The position numbers and the translations under genes are program-made. Shown in pieces: positions 12,106 through 24,646 of a stretch of 64,000 nt of DNA; position 1 is the stretch's first letter; each line of letters opens with the position of its first letter. The notes beneath the pieces were generated by a model that was given only the letters and a program-made list of their open reading frames with translations, did no database searches and was not told where the DNA came from. Source of the stretch: Schizochytrium sp. TIO01 (Eukaryota > Protista > Bigyra: Labyrinthulomycetes); contig SMSO01000032.1 of assembly GCA_004764695.1 (NCBI GenBank), positions 1,612,001-1,676,000 of the forward strand. The letters are read 5' to 3'.

Positions 12106-13224
12106 CCCGCAGAACTCGCATAAACTCGGACTTGGCCCGGCAGGTGGATGGCTGCCTTGGCGTCTGTTCTCCAGACCTGCTGGCCACAAACCTGGAGAAC
12201 CTCGAGCGCAAGGCATTGTCGGGAGGTCGCTCTGAACAGATAGATCTCTCAAGTTCCTGCTGCTTACCAGCCGGCCTACCTGAAGCTAGGTACGACCTCC
12301 CTCCCTTGAAAACACAAGCCCGCCCGCCCGCCTAAGCCCCAATAGGCCGCGCCTACTGTGCAGGCCTTCATCAAAGAAGCCTGAATTCGAGTGGCTTTAT
12401 CGCGATGGTTTCTGCGTTCCGCTGTTCTTCCGGAGAGAACGCGGCACAGAGAACGATAGGTATGATGGATGTATATATGTATGTATGTATGTATCATACG
12501 TACACACCAAGTATGTCCCTACAGAGGCTGAGCTTCGCAGGTATGAGGATTGGGATTGATTGTCTCCGCCGCGACGACGGTGTAACGTGAAGCGCTCGCC
12601 GGAGGAGCTCAAGGCTCGGCCCGAGAGGAGGAGGCCTGCCTGCTTCCATCGCGCCAATGCAGGCAGCTAAGCAGCCTTCTCAGGCGACCTCCGAACCCAC
12701 TCGAAGCGACGCTCTTCGCGAAGATGTGAAGGCGGAAAGCCGACTTCGAGTTGTTCAGAACCACGCCGCAGACTGAGGCGAGGCAGTTATAGTTAGTTCC
12801 TGGCGAGCGAGCTAGCTACACGATACGGTAGGAATCACTAGGAGAGGGACGGGTGTTTGAGTTTATTTTTGAAAATTGGAATAAGAAGTATGAATTGAAG
12901 ATGGACGTCGACAGAGGAAATCATCGAAGGACCGCAAAGAACCCTTAGCGAGCGCAGTAGGAGTGGCGGTAGTAGTGGAGAGGATGTGGGAATAGTGACC
13001 ATAAAGGACACGAAGGGTGTAAGAGGTAGGTAGGTTCGTGGTAAGAGTTACTTTACAGAGAGAGAGAGAAGGAGGTCGGGACTATCTTGACCCAAGGGAA
13101 GAAGCAAGAGATGAAATGAAATGAGATGAAAGCAAATCCAAAACCAGAACTGGCCTGCGAAGGACGAAGCACCTCGGAGAAGAGCGAAAGCAGCAGAAGA
13201 AACGAAACACAACAGGGAAAGAAG

Positions 13225-13917
13225 ATGAAGGTCCTTATGGTGCTTACCTCTAATGACAAGCTCGGCGAATACGACGAGCAGACCGGGTGGTATCTTCCCG
13301 AGTGCGCTCACCCGTACCATGTCTTTAAGCAGGCAGGAAATGTGGAGATGGTGGCAGCTAGCCCCAAGGGAGGCGTCGCGCCGATCGATGAGAGCTCTGT
13401 AGATGCCAGCAAAGAAGACAAGGTTTCTATGAACCTTTGGGAAGACCAAGACTTTAAGGCTTTTGTTGAGAACACTAAGAAGATCGCCGATGTGAAGAGT
13501 GACAAGTTTGATGCCGTCTTTGTAGTTGGTGGATTTGGCACCATGTGGGATCTCCCTCAGGATTCCGATCTCCAGGAAATTATCCGCAACACGTACGAAA
13601 ACGGTGGGATTGTCAGCGCCGTCTGCCACGGCCCGTGTGCTTTGACTCAGGTCAAGCTCTCCGATGGAAGCTATCTCGTCAAGGATAAGAAGGTTGCAGC
13701 CTTCACTGATGACGAGGAGCGCGCGGTCGATCGTTTGCACAAGATTCCGTTCACCAATGAACAGAAGTTTATGGAGATCGGCGCTGTTTACACCAAGCGC
13801 TCGCCTTGGTCACCCCACGTGGTTGTCGATGGTCGCCTTATCACCGGACAGAACCCTGCCTCCGCCACGGGTGTTGCTACTGCAGTTCTTGCCAAGGTTG
13901 CCGGTGTCGACTACTAA
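13225..13917 (+). CDS. DJ-1/PfpI family protein (Hsp31/glyoxalase III-like, class I glutamine amidotransferase-like fold)
   Basis: MKVLMVLTS, TGWYLPECAHPY, ASPKGG, FVVGGFG, nucleophile elbow AVCHGP, LITGQNPASA; likely start ATG 13225. Confidence 0.93.
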   Translation: MKVLMVLTSNDKLGEYDEQTGWYLPECAHPYHVFKQAGNVEMVAASPKGGVAPIDESSVDASKEDKVSMNLWEDQDFKAFVENTKKIADVKSDKFDAVFVVGGFGTMWDLPQDSDLQEIIRNTYENGGIVSAVCHGPCALTQVKLSDGSYLVKDKKVAAFTDDEERAVDRLHKIPFTNEQKFMEIGAVYTKRSPWSPHVVVDGRLITGQNPASATGVATAVLAKVAGVDY

Positions 13918-14109
13918 AATTCTGATTTCACATTGTAGGCTAAATTCCACAGTTTTATTCTTTTTTCTTTTAAATAACAAAGATATTATTGTTTATCCAA
14001 ATATTCATCCTAGGTGCCTCTTCATTTTGACACAAATTAATACACATAACATCCATGCCCGTGACGACATTGACCAGTAGTAGGCTCACACTCCCCTTCA
14101 GTATCTATC

Positions 14110-16089
14110 TTAGTCATCAACTAGTGCAATTAGAGCCTTTCGTAAAGTATTTCTCCATGCATCAACTTCAAGTGCGACATCTTGATCTCGAAGAGGATGC
14201 ACGCCATTGATATCTGAGTGCAGATAGTCACTATCAATTCCATGCCACCCAGCATTTGGATCACGCAGAACACTAGGCTCGTGGACAACAACACGGACAC
14301 CTAGCCACCTAGCTAGCCGAGCGTACACCCATCGATATCCGAAATATTCTGGAGGCATCACGAGGATCAGTACAGCACGTTCGGGGAGAAAGGCTACATT
14401 CGAACACCCTTGTCCATGGACACAACACAGGATACGCGTACGTTGAAAGAGTGACCATTGCTTCGCGAAATCCAGGCGCTCTACCACTACGTCTCGTATC
14501 GACAAACCAATGGGTTCAAAGATTTCAGAGGCTTGGAGCTTTGCTTCACGCAGATTTAAAAATTTACGATGACCTTTGCGCTTAATAAAGGTAAACAAAC
14601 CTCCTAGACCACGTGAGGACTCTTGCAAAACTGGAAAATGTCTTGAGACACGAGCCTGGACAGCCCGGCGAAACGCAATTCCTCTTGCTTTCATCGCGGC
14701 ATCGTTCACTTCAACATCAAATGGTTTTACAAAAGGGAGTTTTGGGGCTTCAAGAAACAGATTTTCGAAACAGTAAGTCGACTGCCTTGATGCGATGCGC
14801 AGGGCCTGCATAGCATGTACTTCTCTAAAGAAAAGTTTCAACAAGCCTAATGGACTATCCAAGCTGTTAGCAGCTTTAAGAATATTTTGCAGCTTAGCGC
14901 GTTGTTCATCATGTCCAACATCAATAAAAATCGTCGTTCTGCTTGTTTCAAAGCCGGCACGAGACAGGCGGTCATAAAGTGGGATAATCAGGTCCGCTAG
15001 AAGATGGTAGATATTAACCAATGACCAGACAGAGACAAAAACTACAGGGTCTTTTGACATTGCGTCACAATTCAGCTGTTGGATACCAGTAGCACGGGTC
15101 TCTCCCAAGCCAAGATCTTTCAAATATGGCTGGAAATGGGCACGAGCCATGAGCCATTCTGTGGCATCCGCAGCTTGGGCTCTAGCATATCGCTCTGCAC
15201 CCAGAGCGAAAAGGACTCGGCCTTGTGCAAAGCCACAGCTCCGACACCAAGAGTCTAGAGAGTCACCAGGTATGGCCCGCGAGAATTCGCTATCAACGAT
15301 TTCTGATTTGTCAACTACAATAGGTGAGCGAGTAAAAAGCCCTTTGTCAAGCAGAATTGTGTCCTGATAAGCGCTGCAGGCAAGTGTGCATGCAGCATAC
15401 TCTTCTTTAGCATCTTTGCATATGTCTTTTAGTGCAGATTTATGCAAGGTTGCGTTAGACCAGTCCACCTCTTGCGCATAACAGGACTGTAAGTGCCCTA
15501 AAGACAAACGACATGGATGAGAAGTTCCACATACACACGAATAGCTTCCGCTAACCACTGCTTTCAAGTTAGCGCGTCCACGAGTCGAATAAAAAAGCTC
15601 CTCCACAGAGTGAGCACTCGCAAGATCTGTTAATGTCTGTCCAGCCACAAGGCAGCTCACGTGAATACGAAGGTTCTCAACAATTGCCTTTTCGGCATAT
15701 TTCCAAGGCGTTGAGGTGGATGTTGGAATCCAAACATCCGTATTAAAAGAGCTTTGAATGAGGTCATCAACCGTGATTATGATGCGAAGTTTCCAAGGAT
15801 CTGGAATCCGTGCATGTCGTGTCCCAGCCTCGAAGTCCAGTTTAATATCCAGACCTAGAGGGAGTTCGTGAAATGGTTTTACGACTTGCCAGTTCCGGCT
15901 TGCCTCAAAAGAACGTTTGAAATTTTCATCAGAAGACCCCAGTTTTGCTGCTGACGCCGCTGTGTCACCCACCCCTTTGATATCTTCAAAGCACTCAAGA
16001 CCTGCTACTGCAAACCCCAGCAGCATACAAATCACGAAGCATATAGCGATTGGCAGTCTACCAAAGTTGAAGTTGCAGCCCACCTGCAT
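14110..16089 (-). CDS. glycosyltransferase family 61 (DUF563-like) protein with N-terminal signal/anchor
   Basis: NIYHLLADLIIPLY, CFENL, FIKRKGHRKFLN, DFAKQWSLF, VHGQGCSNVAFLP (HGAGLTN-like GT61 motif), YARLARWLG. Confidence 0.75.
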   Translation of the reverse strand: MQVGCNFNFGRLPIAICFVICMLLGFAVAGLECFEDIKGVGDTAASAAKLGSSDENFKRSFEASRNWQVVKPFHELPLGLDIKLDFEAGTRHARIPDPWKLRIIITVDDLIQSSFNTDVWIPTSTSTPWKYAEKAIVENLRIHVSCLVAGQTLTDLASAHSVEELFYSTRGRANLKAVVSGSYSCVCGTSHPCRLSLGHLQSCYAQEVDWSNATLHKSALKDICKDAKEEYAACTLACSAYQDTILLDKGLFTRSPIVVDKSEIVDSEFSRAIPGDSLDSWCRSCGFAQGRVLFALGAERYARAQAADATEWLMARAHFQPYLKDLGLGETRATGIQQLNCDAMSKDPVVFVSVWSLVNIYHLLADLIIPLYDRLSRAGFETSRTTIFIDVGHDEQRAKLQNILKAANSLDSPLGLLKLFFREVHAMQALRIASRQSTYCFENLFLEAPKLPFVKPFDVEVNDAAMKARGIAFRRAVQARVSRHFPVLQESSRGLGGLFTFIKRKGHRKFLNLREAKLQASEIFEPIGLSIRDVVVERLDFAKQWSLFQRTRILCCVHGQGCSNVAFLPERAVLILVMPPEYFGYRWVYARLARWLGVRVVVHEPSVLRDPNAGWHGIDSDYLHSDINGVHPLRDQDVALEVDAWRNTLRKALIALVDD

Positions 16090-16562
16090 CTTTGCAGAAG
16101 AGGTTTTCTGCTACAAAGCCAGTCTAGCCTCAGTAAGGTTCAACTCCTCTTGAGAGACCCTTTGAGGTTATTAGCACGAGCAGAGTCTCTGTGAGTCCAT
16201 CCAGAATGACCAGCACGTATCCGCGTTTGGCTTGCAAGCAGTCTTGGTCCCTTTATTCACCAAGATTATAATAATCAAGATGAAAATTTGACAGCTTTTT
16301 ATCCACAGCATCTTCTCAGATTTTCTAAATTATTTTCTCTTGCAATTAAATCAATTATGCTGAGGGCCCAAAGCAGACAGACTCCCAGGCAAGCCTAAGC
16401 GTGGGATTTCGAACAAGTTGCACCTGAAGTGCTTCCGTCAATTATTTTGAGATTCCACCATGACTGCATTCGCATTGGAGGCAGCAGAGGAATTTCCCAA
16501 ATCTTTCGCTCCGTTCAAGTTGTTTCTTTTTCTCGTTCTGTCTGTCTGTCTTTTGCATTTGT

Positions 16563-16610
16563 CTTCTTCTTCTCTTCTTCTTCTTCTTCTTCTTCTTCTT
16601 CTTGTTGTTG
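16563..16610. repeat. (CTT)n microsatellite
   Basis: cttcttcttctcttcttcttcttcttcttcttcttcttcttgttgttg. Confidence 0.9.
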
Positions 16611-17073
16611 TCTTAGTTTTGGAAAAGAAAAAGATCAAACCAGCATAGTAATATAACACAATGAAAAAAATTAATGAAAGAAGCTAAAGAAAGGAGAAAA
16701 AAAAAACGAATCAATGCATGCAGACAGCCCAGCAAAATAGGCTCAAGTCTGCGCTGGTGAGCCCTTCGGTGGCGCCGTGAGGGCTTGGACTTTTTTATTG
16801 TTCTCTATACGGTAACACGGCCTCACAACGGCCCTCAAACGCAGCGAATAATCTTGTACGCCTGTTGCTTTTGCTCTGCATGCTTTTGCTGTCTCACTGG
16901 GCGGGGCAACTCAACACAACGTTACCAGGAGACAACGCTCTGAGACAAGAGCAGAAAAGCGGAGCATAAAGCGTAGAAAGTAAAGCCTTGAGGACGTGAG
17001 AGGCAAGCGAAAATAAAGGTCGCTAGATTGGTAGACGAGAGAAGTTTTAGTGTTGCCGAAGTGGGACTCGATA

Positions 17074-20000
17074 ATGAGTAAGACAACCGCAGAACTCCAA
17101 CCTGGGACGAGAAAAAGACTGCGAACATGGTTTTCAGAGGCAAGTTTACTCCTTTCGTATAAGGAAAAAGAACCTTCCGCTCTCGAAAAGGCTCGCAGGC
17201 GCAGCTTGGCGCCTGGCTTAGGAGCTCAAGATAGCTCTGGTGAGGAGGGAAGCTTTTTTATTGCCAACTCGAGCCTTGGACGTTTGCGCGAACTTGTGCA
17301 GTCTGTGGTTCATGCATGGGAACCCAACTATGCGTCATCCGAAGACTCGGCGAAAAAAACAACCCAAAATGAAGATACATACATCGACGCAGCTCCTGGC
17401 AGTGAGCTTGATGAAATTCTAGAGAATCTCTCACTAGATGCATTCTTGTGTCTTGTTAATATTCTCCTTCATGGGTCCCCCAAGCGGCGCCGAGAGGCTT
17501 TACAGCTACTCTTTAGTCTTGCAAAAGCACTGCATGAAGATCGAAAGGTATCGCCCGCACACTTCATATCTGCTATGCACCTTTTGTACCAGGGTATCGC
17601 TACTTTTGATGGTGTTCAGGAGGTTTTCACAGCTCTTGCGCCAAACTTCGAAAGCCTCTGCACCTGGGTTGTTCCGCCTCTTGAGGCTATGCTAGTTCAT
17701 CCTAATCCCGAAGTACGGATGCTTAGCGTCTCAGTTATTTGTTCTTTCCTTGTAGCCAATTCGCGGACATTCGGAGATAATGACCTTGCTCAAAGTCTTG
17801 AGATGTTAAATATGGTGCTTAGTGGAACTGTTGGTCGGTATGACTCGACAGTGTCTTCATGGGCTCTTCATTCAGCAAAATCCAACCAAGGATCAGAGGA
17901 TAACCTGCGCGCAGCACAAACAGAGAGCCTAGAGAAGTCTGTTGTGCTTGCCGCAATCACTCAAGTTTTGGAAACTGCAACAAAGACTTCATCAGAGACT
18001 AACTCAGCATCGGCTGTCGAAACTGAAGTGAAAAACTCACGATCGTGGATCAAGACAGACGTTTTATTGCAAATGTTTCAAACTATTATCAGGCGAATCC
18101 CAGTTCTCGACAAAGAAAGAGACGCAGCCCGAGCTTGCATCAAGATTATCGTTGCGCATTTGTCCGCCAAAGGATGTGAAGCAGAACTTTTTCAATCTCT
18201 GACGTCCACGGTGTCTAGCAACTATCAAAGTATTGCTCGAAGCGATTTCTCTTCTCTTTGTCACATTTCTGTACAAACCTGTGAGCAATCTACTCAAGTC
18301 AAAGCCGTTCTTGGCCAATTCTTGACTACACTTGAACGTTTTATCCTCGCGCCTCAGCCAAGCTTGCGTTATTGTGCTCTTGTTTGTGTCAATGCTGTTC
18401 TTAGTGCTTTTCCAGCAGACCTTTTGCGTGTTGAGAACTCTACATTATTTCCTATTCTTCTCACCTCCAGTCTCGACAATAAACCTTGCCAAGCCATGAG
18501 CCTTGAATGTCTAAAGTTAGTTTGCGAAGCGGGAATTCAACGTGCAAATCAGGGGAAAGGGAAATCTCAAGCAACTGGCGCAGATGCTCGCGAAGCAGTT
18601 ATTCGGAATAATTTCTATGCAGACATTTGTGAGTTACAAAGCGGCATTCAGAGGAAGGACGCACGCCCCGTGTGTGCAGAGCAAGAGCGTATGAGTCTGC
18701 ATAAAGCTCTCTCTAGAGGAATTGCTCTCTGCTCCAACTACCATGAACGCGTACTAGCGCAGTTGTCTGCAGGTTTGCAATACTTACCACCAGCGGAAAG
18801 GCTACATCGCATGGAAAGTTTACTTCTGTGGTCTAAAAAGTTCAATCAAATGATCCCATTTGTTGCAAACAATTTGCTAATGAGTATCCGAGGGGCTGAT
18901 GTACGGACAGGAGAATTAACCGTGCAAATTTTTGAGTCCATGGCACCAACAATTAGTAAAGCTCTGCAAGATCGCAATCCAGCACAGCCACTCAGTAGTA
19001 ATGTCTTTTACAAGTCTCTATGTGCAATTGATACTGTCTTTCGGCAAGTCATGGACACATGCCGTGATAGTCTTGTTACTCGTATCATCAAAGCAATGGC
19101 AACTTTGCCGTACGAGTATTTTGATGAGGCTAGACTTAGATCACTGTGCCAAACAATCATTCGTAAATCCTTTGGGAGCCAGCTACAAACTCGACTAGCC
19201 ATTTACGAACTTATTGGAGAATGTAGTAAATTCTGGCACACAGAGTCACTCAAAGCCTATGCCTTTGCAACCATGCTAACCTGTGCCGGAGATTTTTCGG
19301 CAAGTGCGACAAAGGCGTTATGCCGATCTATGAAAAAACTTCTCGAAGACCAACGTCGAACGAAGCTTGCTAGTTTCGTAACATCCTTTGAGTACGCGTT
19401 GCGTAAACCATTTCTGCAAGATCGTTTGCAATCCTATGGTCACCTCGTACATACACTTCGCGATGCTGAAAATGTTCACATTCGTGAGATCTTTCTCTCT
19501 CACGACTTCTTCCATTCAAGCCTAAGTAACACTTCTGTTTCATCAGAGTCCCAAAAATCGCATTGGCCATTGTTTCGCCGCTTTCATGTTGACACAGCTA
19601 GGCAGTTCTGAGCACCAGACCCATGCTACGCGAGTCATTATCAACAGTATGTCAACTCAGGCCATGCATGAGAGAGACCTTGCCATCGACGTCCTCGCCA
19701 TGTGTATTCAGCAAGACGAAGGTATTTCCACCCCGATGTTACTCATGTTGCTGGAAGATACTTTCAAAGCTCTGATCGCCTATAAGAATCAACGGGAGGT
19801 GGATCGTCACCGTTCCGCATTGCTCATATCCGAGCTTCAAGTTCTGAAACGATTGATTCCATTGCAAGTGGATGGACTTGCACGTTCATTAGTACAATTT
19901 TTCTCCGCAAATGTGGTCGACCTAATTAGCAGAGAAACCACAGAAGCGGATGTTAGGGTAGCATGCGTTGACTTCATCTCGGCCCTTTTGCGCGCTCGCC

Positions 20001-23000
20001 CTTTGGATTGCTCTCCACTAGCGCAGACTCTTCGTGATGCTTTACATTCCATGATCGGTTCATCGCGAAGTGAACTCGCACATGCTGCCCTCGAGGCCTA
20101 CCCATTGATATTCAAACTTTCTAGTCAATACAAGGAGGATGCAGAAGCAGCGTTTGAGTTCCTGAGGACAGACTTAGCTCTCTTTGACACCACCGAGACT
20201 GTTGATGCCGATGATGATGGAGTCGATGCATTTGTTGAGTCTTCAGAATCATCTGGACAGAATGAAGGAAATTCTCGTGTAGCCAGGCGTCAATCTAAAG
20301 TTCTTCTCAAGGCGTCATTGCGAGCTCTGGGAAATATCCGCTGTGCTTCTGTTGCACCCTTGGCTATTGACATTCTTTTGAATGTAATACATGACCCAAC
20401 CCGGGAATTTCGCATTGAAGCTGCTCGATCCATCCTTTCGCTCAGTGAAATGCTAGGAGCTAAACAGAGCGTTGCCCTTAGGTGGGTCATCTTGCCGCTT
20501 TACCAAGACCTAACCCACGTTCTCCCTTTATTTATTGAGAAAGCCCAAAATCGTGGGCAAGAAGGAGAAGGTGAGGAAGGTACAGAACCGGACGATAGTT
20601 ACGGAAATGACAACTTACTATTCTCTTCTCCAAAAGAAGAAGATCTTCAATCCAGCTCACTCTTTCGACGCGACACACCATTTATCCCAGTTCGGAAGCC
20701 CAGACAAGACGGAACCTACGGCTTCACATTTTCTACAAAACCAGGATCCTTAGCTACGGGTGGTAGGTTAGGAGCAAGTCGACAATCAGATGGTTTAGAA
20801 TCTATGAGTGGGAACCCTGGAGCTTCACCTACAATTACCCTTTCAGATCAACTTTTACACGAATTACAATTTGTATTGGCGAACTTTTGTGGAGAGCTTA
20901 TTCCTCCTCACGTGGACTTGGTTCAGTATCACTACTTTCAGTTCATGCAAAGCACTCATTCAAGTAGTTGTGCAATACTTCTTCTGGGTGAACTCGGAAT
21001 TCGGGTATTTGATTTTGAGGAAGCTAAATTTGCTGGTGAGATTCCCATCAAGTCTGAACGATTTCGTGGGATATTAGCATCGCTGATTTTAGATATTGAT
21101 GCAGCAGAGGGGATCCATGTTCCAGGAGAAAGGCCACAGAGAAAAGCTAGTGCAATAGCCCTTCGCTTGTTGGCGTCTCACGCTCCCAACAAAGTCCTTC
21201 CATTTACCGTGAATAATCTTTGTCAGCTCAAAGAGCTTAACATGGGTCACCTGATGCTTCTGAAGCAAATCTTTCGCCTGTTCAATCTTACAGGAGTTGA
21301 CGATGAGGAATTTTCAGAGGGGAAAGCTCGGCCCCAACTAGCAGAACTCATCGCCACAGCGGATGCAAAGGTTTTGACAGGTTTATTGTTGCGGAGTATT
21401 CAATCTAGCAAAACCCCCATTGATGAGCGCCGTGCTGCTCTTGAACTAGTCATGCAAACAGCACTTCTGTCAGGAGATCAAGAGCTCTCCACTGTTGTTC
21501 GCTCTATATTAGATATGCTCGAGGAAAACTCTGATGCTGTAATCCACCAAATTTCCCAAGAACAACTTTCTAGAGTATTCTCAACGTTCTCGAACGAGCA
21601 CCCTTTGGTTGTTACTCTAGTTGATCACGTTGAAAGTGGTTTATTATCGTGTGAGGTCAATAAGAGACACCGCGCATTTACTCTTTGGAGCATTGTTGGC
21701 AAACGTATGGGCCCAGAGTTTGCGCTGCCTAGTCTTATAAGAGCTCTCTGTGACCCCACAGAAAAACTACAACGACTTGCAGTACGCTCGCTTTTGTGCA
21801 GCCCCCCGGAGTTTATCCTTAAGAATGAGTCCTTTGTGGCATCTATTCGGGACCTTGCGAATCGTATCGAGTTGGAGAAATCAGCAGAAACCCGTAAACG
21901 CAATATGCAAGGGAAAGGAAAGCGGAAGGAAGCGGCAATGGAGCGAGGTGCAAGTCTTACAAGCCCACCTGAAGAGTTGGATGAACAGGCTCATCGGGGA
22001 ACTCGAACGATGAAACATTCACGCGGAAATGCAGCGCTCATGCAAGATGATGATCCTTTAAATGTCAATTTTCTACAAAGTGATCCATCATATCTGCAGT
22101 TTCTTGACCTGTATGGCCTAAGTCCGGCATCAGGAGCTGCAAGTTTACCCACATTGCAAGATGATGATAAGTCGCAGAGTACCAAAGGCTCGCGATCCAA
22201 GAATGGCGACTCTCAGGCAGCAGCTACCAACCCTTTTGGTTTTCCAGAGTCCGCTTTCCAGAGCTTACTGACTTGTCCAATGGGGCCTCTTGTACAAATC
22301 CTTGTGGCAATACATCCATCCGTCGGTGCCCGTCTCTTAGAGGCGATTCATAACGACATTGAAATATGTAAAAACTTACTCAGCCGCAGTGCAGGAGCTC
22401 TGAAGGATCTGAAGGCTGAGGACTTTGGTAAAGGATTTCTAGGATATGGCGAATTGGAGATGGAACAGCTCTTACATGGTTTCACAGTACATGCAAGCAT
22501 TCTTTTTGCTTGTGACAACCTCCCCTCGGAATGGCCATCAATTTTGCCTCTTTACCAGGAATTGGTTATCCAATGTGCTACTCTTGCACAGCAGACGCGT
22601 CTCCTTGCTTCGGCAAAAATGGATCTTGGTAGCCTGATGGGCTCCGAGAAAATCAGTTTGCCCGTGATTTCAATTGAGAGTTTTGAGTCACTTGAAAAGC
22701 AACGAGCAGATCTTCTTGCTCAGCTTGGCACTGATCAGCAACATAAGATTACTGCAGCGAAGCGGGATGCGCTCCAACAACAATTAGTAAGCTTAAACCA
22801 TCATCTGTGGGTAATGGCAAAGCTTCAAGGCGTACTTTTAGATACTCTTGGTACGATTTATCGCAACACAAGTGACCTTGATGACCATACCATTGCTGAC
22901 GGACTTTCATGGCTTCTCATCCAACTTAGTGGAGACCAACATCGGAAGTTGCGTTCCGTGACAAGCAATATAATAATCAGTCTCTCTTCTGTGACGAGTC

Positions 23001-23434
23001 GAGGTGATGAATTCCGTCGTCTTCTTGGCGAAAGCTTGCTTCAGGTACAGGAAAAGCTGGAGCACTCTCGTCCTGGTTCTGGCTCAGATGATGCTTTGCA
23101 CCGTGCGAAAGTGGAGCTTCTACAAACATTTGTTCGTCTTATTCCTCAATGTGCACCAATGCTCATAACAAAAATTCTACCCACAACGTTTAAGCTACTT
23201 GTCGCATTTTGGGACGATCGTGACTCACATGTCCGCCAAACAGCAATCTCTCTAACAGAAGAATTAGGGAGAAGTAGCTCGCCCATTGAGGTTCGGTCAA
23301 TTCTTTTTGATCCCAATGCTCTTGATATTCGTGCAGAAATTTCTCGTAGAACATCAAATTCGGCTTATCCAGATCGCCAGCAGTTAATGAAGCTATCACA
23401 GTGGGCTCAGCAAATGGTAGCAGGTAAATCTTAA
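17074..23434 (+). CDS. large HEAT/ARM-repeat alpha-solenoid protein (~2100 aa), two ORFs joined by a short intron or 1-bp frameshift near 19480-19601
   Basis: Overlapping ORFs 17050-19611 and 19586-23434, both with HEAT-like motifs (LVHPNPEVRMLS, PQPSLRYCAL, HDPTREFRIEAA, LCDPTEKLQRLA, WDDRDSHVRQTA); first ATG 17074. Confidence 0.75.
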
Positions 23435-24646
23435 GTTCATTTGTTTTCATCCTTTAGAGAGAAAAACATATATATCCTTTGCTATTAAGAAAGTCAATTC
23501 ACATCCTTCCCTTCCATCTTTCGTCTTAGTTTTAGTTTTACTGTGGTACCATAATTATTTTGATTTTCAGTTGGAAATAGTTTGCTCAAGCTGCACTTCT
23601 AAAACAAAAAAGCAAACAAGAATCACAAGGGAAAACGGCACTTTTACCTGCTTCCCAGCACACGACTTTGTACATCGCAAATCATTTAGCAAGAGAAGCT
23701 GATATCTCTTGAAAGGAATGCTTCATGACATGGTTTCCTTTCGTTTTTGCTCCACCAACAAATAATTTTCTTGTGTTTGGTGATGTTGGAACTTCGAAGA
23801 ACTACATACACATATTAATTATGATGAAAAAGAATTAAAAACCTAAAGGAATGTCTTTCTCAGCACAAGGCTTCAAATATTTAGGAGCCTACTATTTCAT
23901 ATATTAATAGATGCTATCACAGCAATATCCCTTATCGTTTATGCATATTTTGATACCATCGAGTTACATTTGCGTTCTGTTACCATCTTCCGCGCCAGGA
24001 CTAGTCAACTTACAATTAGGTGAACTAGTCAACTATAGTTAGGGTGTATTATAGGAGGTAAATAAAATTATAAGTATTCTTGTTCTTGTATTGTTAAATC
24101 AAATAACAAGACCCAGAGGAGTATACAATGTTATGTTCGAGTGCAGAAAAGACTGCACAGGGAGGTTCTCCTGGATCCTCTTGTGCAGAAAATTTACTCT
24201 ACCCCTTTTAGGATTTGGTGTGGGTGTGTACCTACCTACCTACTTCAAAGCAGATGAAGTGATACGAAAGATTGATTTTTGACTCGATTGTGCGGGACGA
24301 AGATGGGCGACCTGGGAAATGGATGTGGTCCGCGCCGTAGAGTCCATGATGATGAACATCCAGGGTTAAGAATGCAGGCCCTGTATTTCAGAGATTGATA
24401 TTGGGAACAGTAGGTACCCCATACTATTAAAATTTTAAGTGCATGCAATACAATGTTCAGGCATGACGCTTGGACAGTGGTATGCTTGGGCCTTGACATA
24501 ATCGATTCGACACAAGCAGCAGCGAGCGCGTTTGCCTCGCTTAGCTTGCAGTCCTGACAAGGGCTGCTAGCGAAGGCTGTGCTCGGACAGAATTGCGTCT
24601 GGCTCCATCTGTCGTTGACTTGAGAAAGGAGCTGCGATATTCCAGT

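Noticed and set aside
13126-13224. N-terminal extension of DJ-1 from the upstream ATG
   Set aside because: Purine-rich UTR-like sequence; the family fold begins at MKVLMV (13225)
16429-16659. Short ORFs with poly-S/L/R
   Set aside because: Artefacts of the (CTT)n microsatellite
16760-16796. GC hairpin plus T-run resembling an intrinsic terminator
   Set aside because: Eukaryotic promoter region; no Pol III A/B boxes or recognisable RNA
24153-24188. Imperfect inverted repeat ctgcacagggagg...cctcttgtgcag as a MITE or Helitron end
   Set aside because: Single short occurrence, with no target-site duplication or second copy in the window
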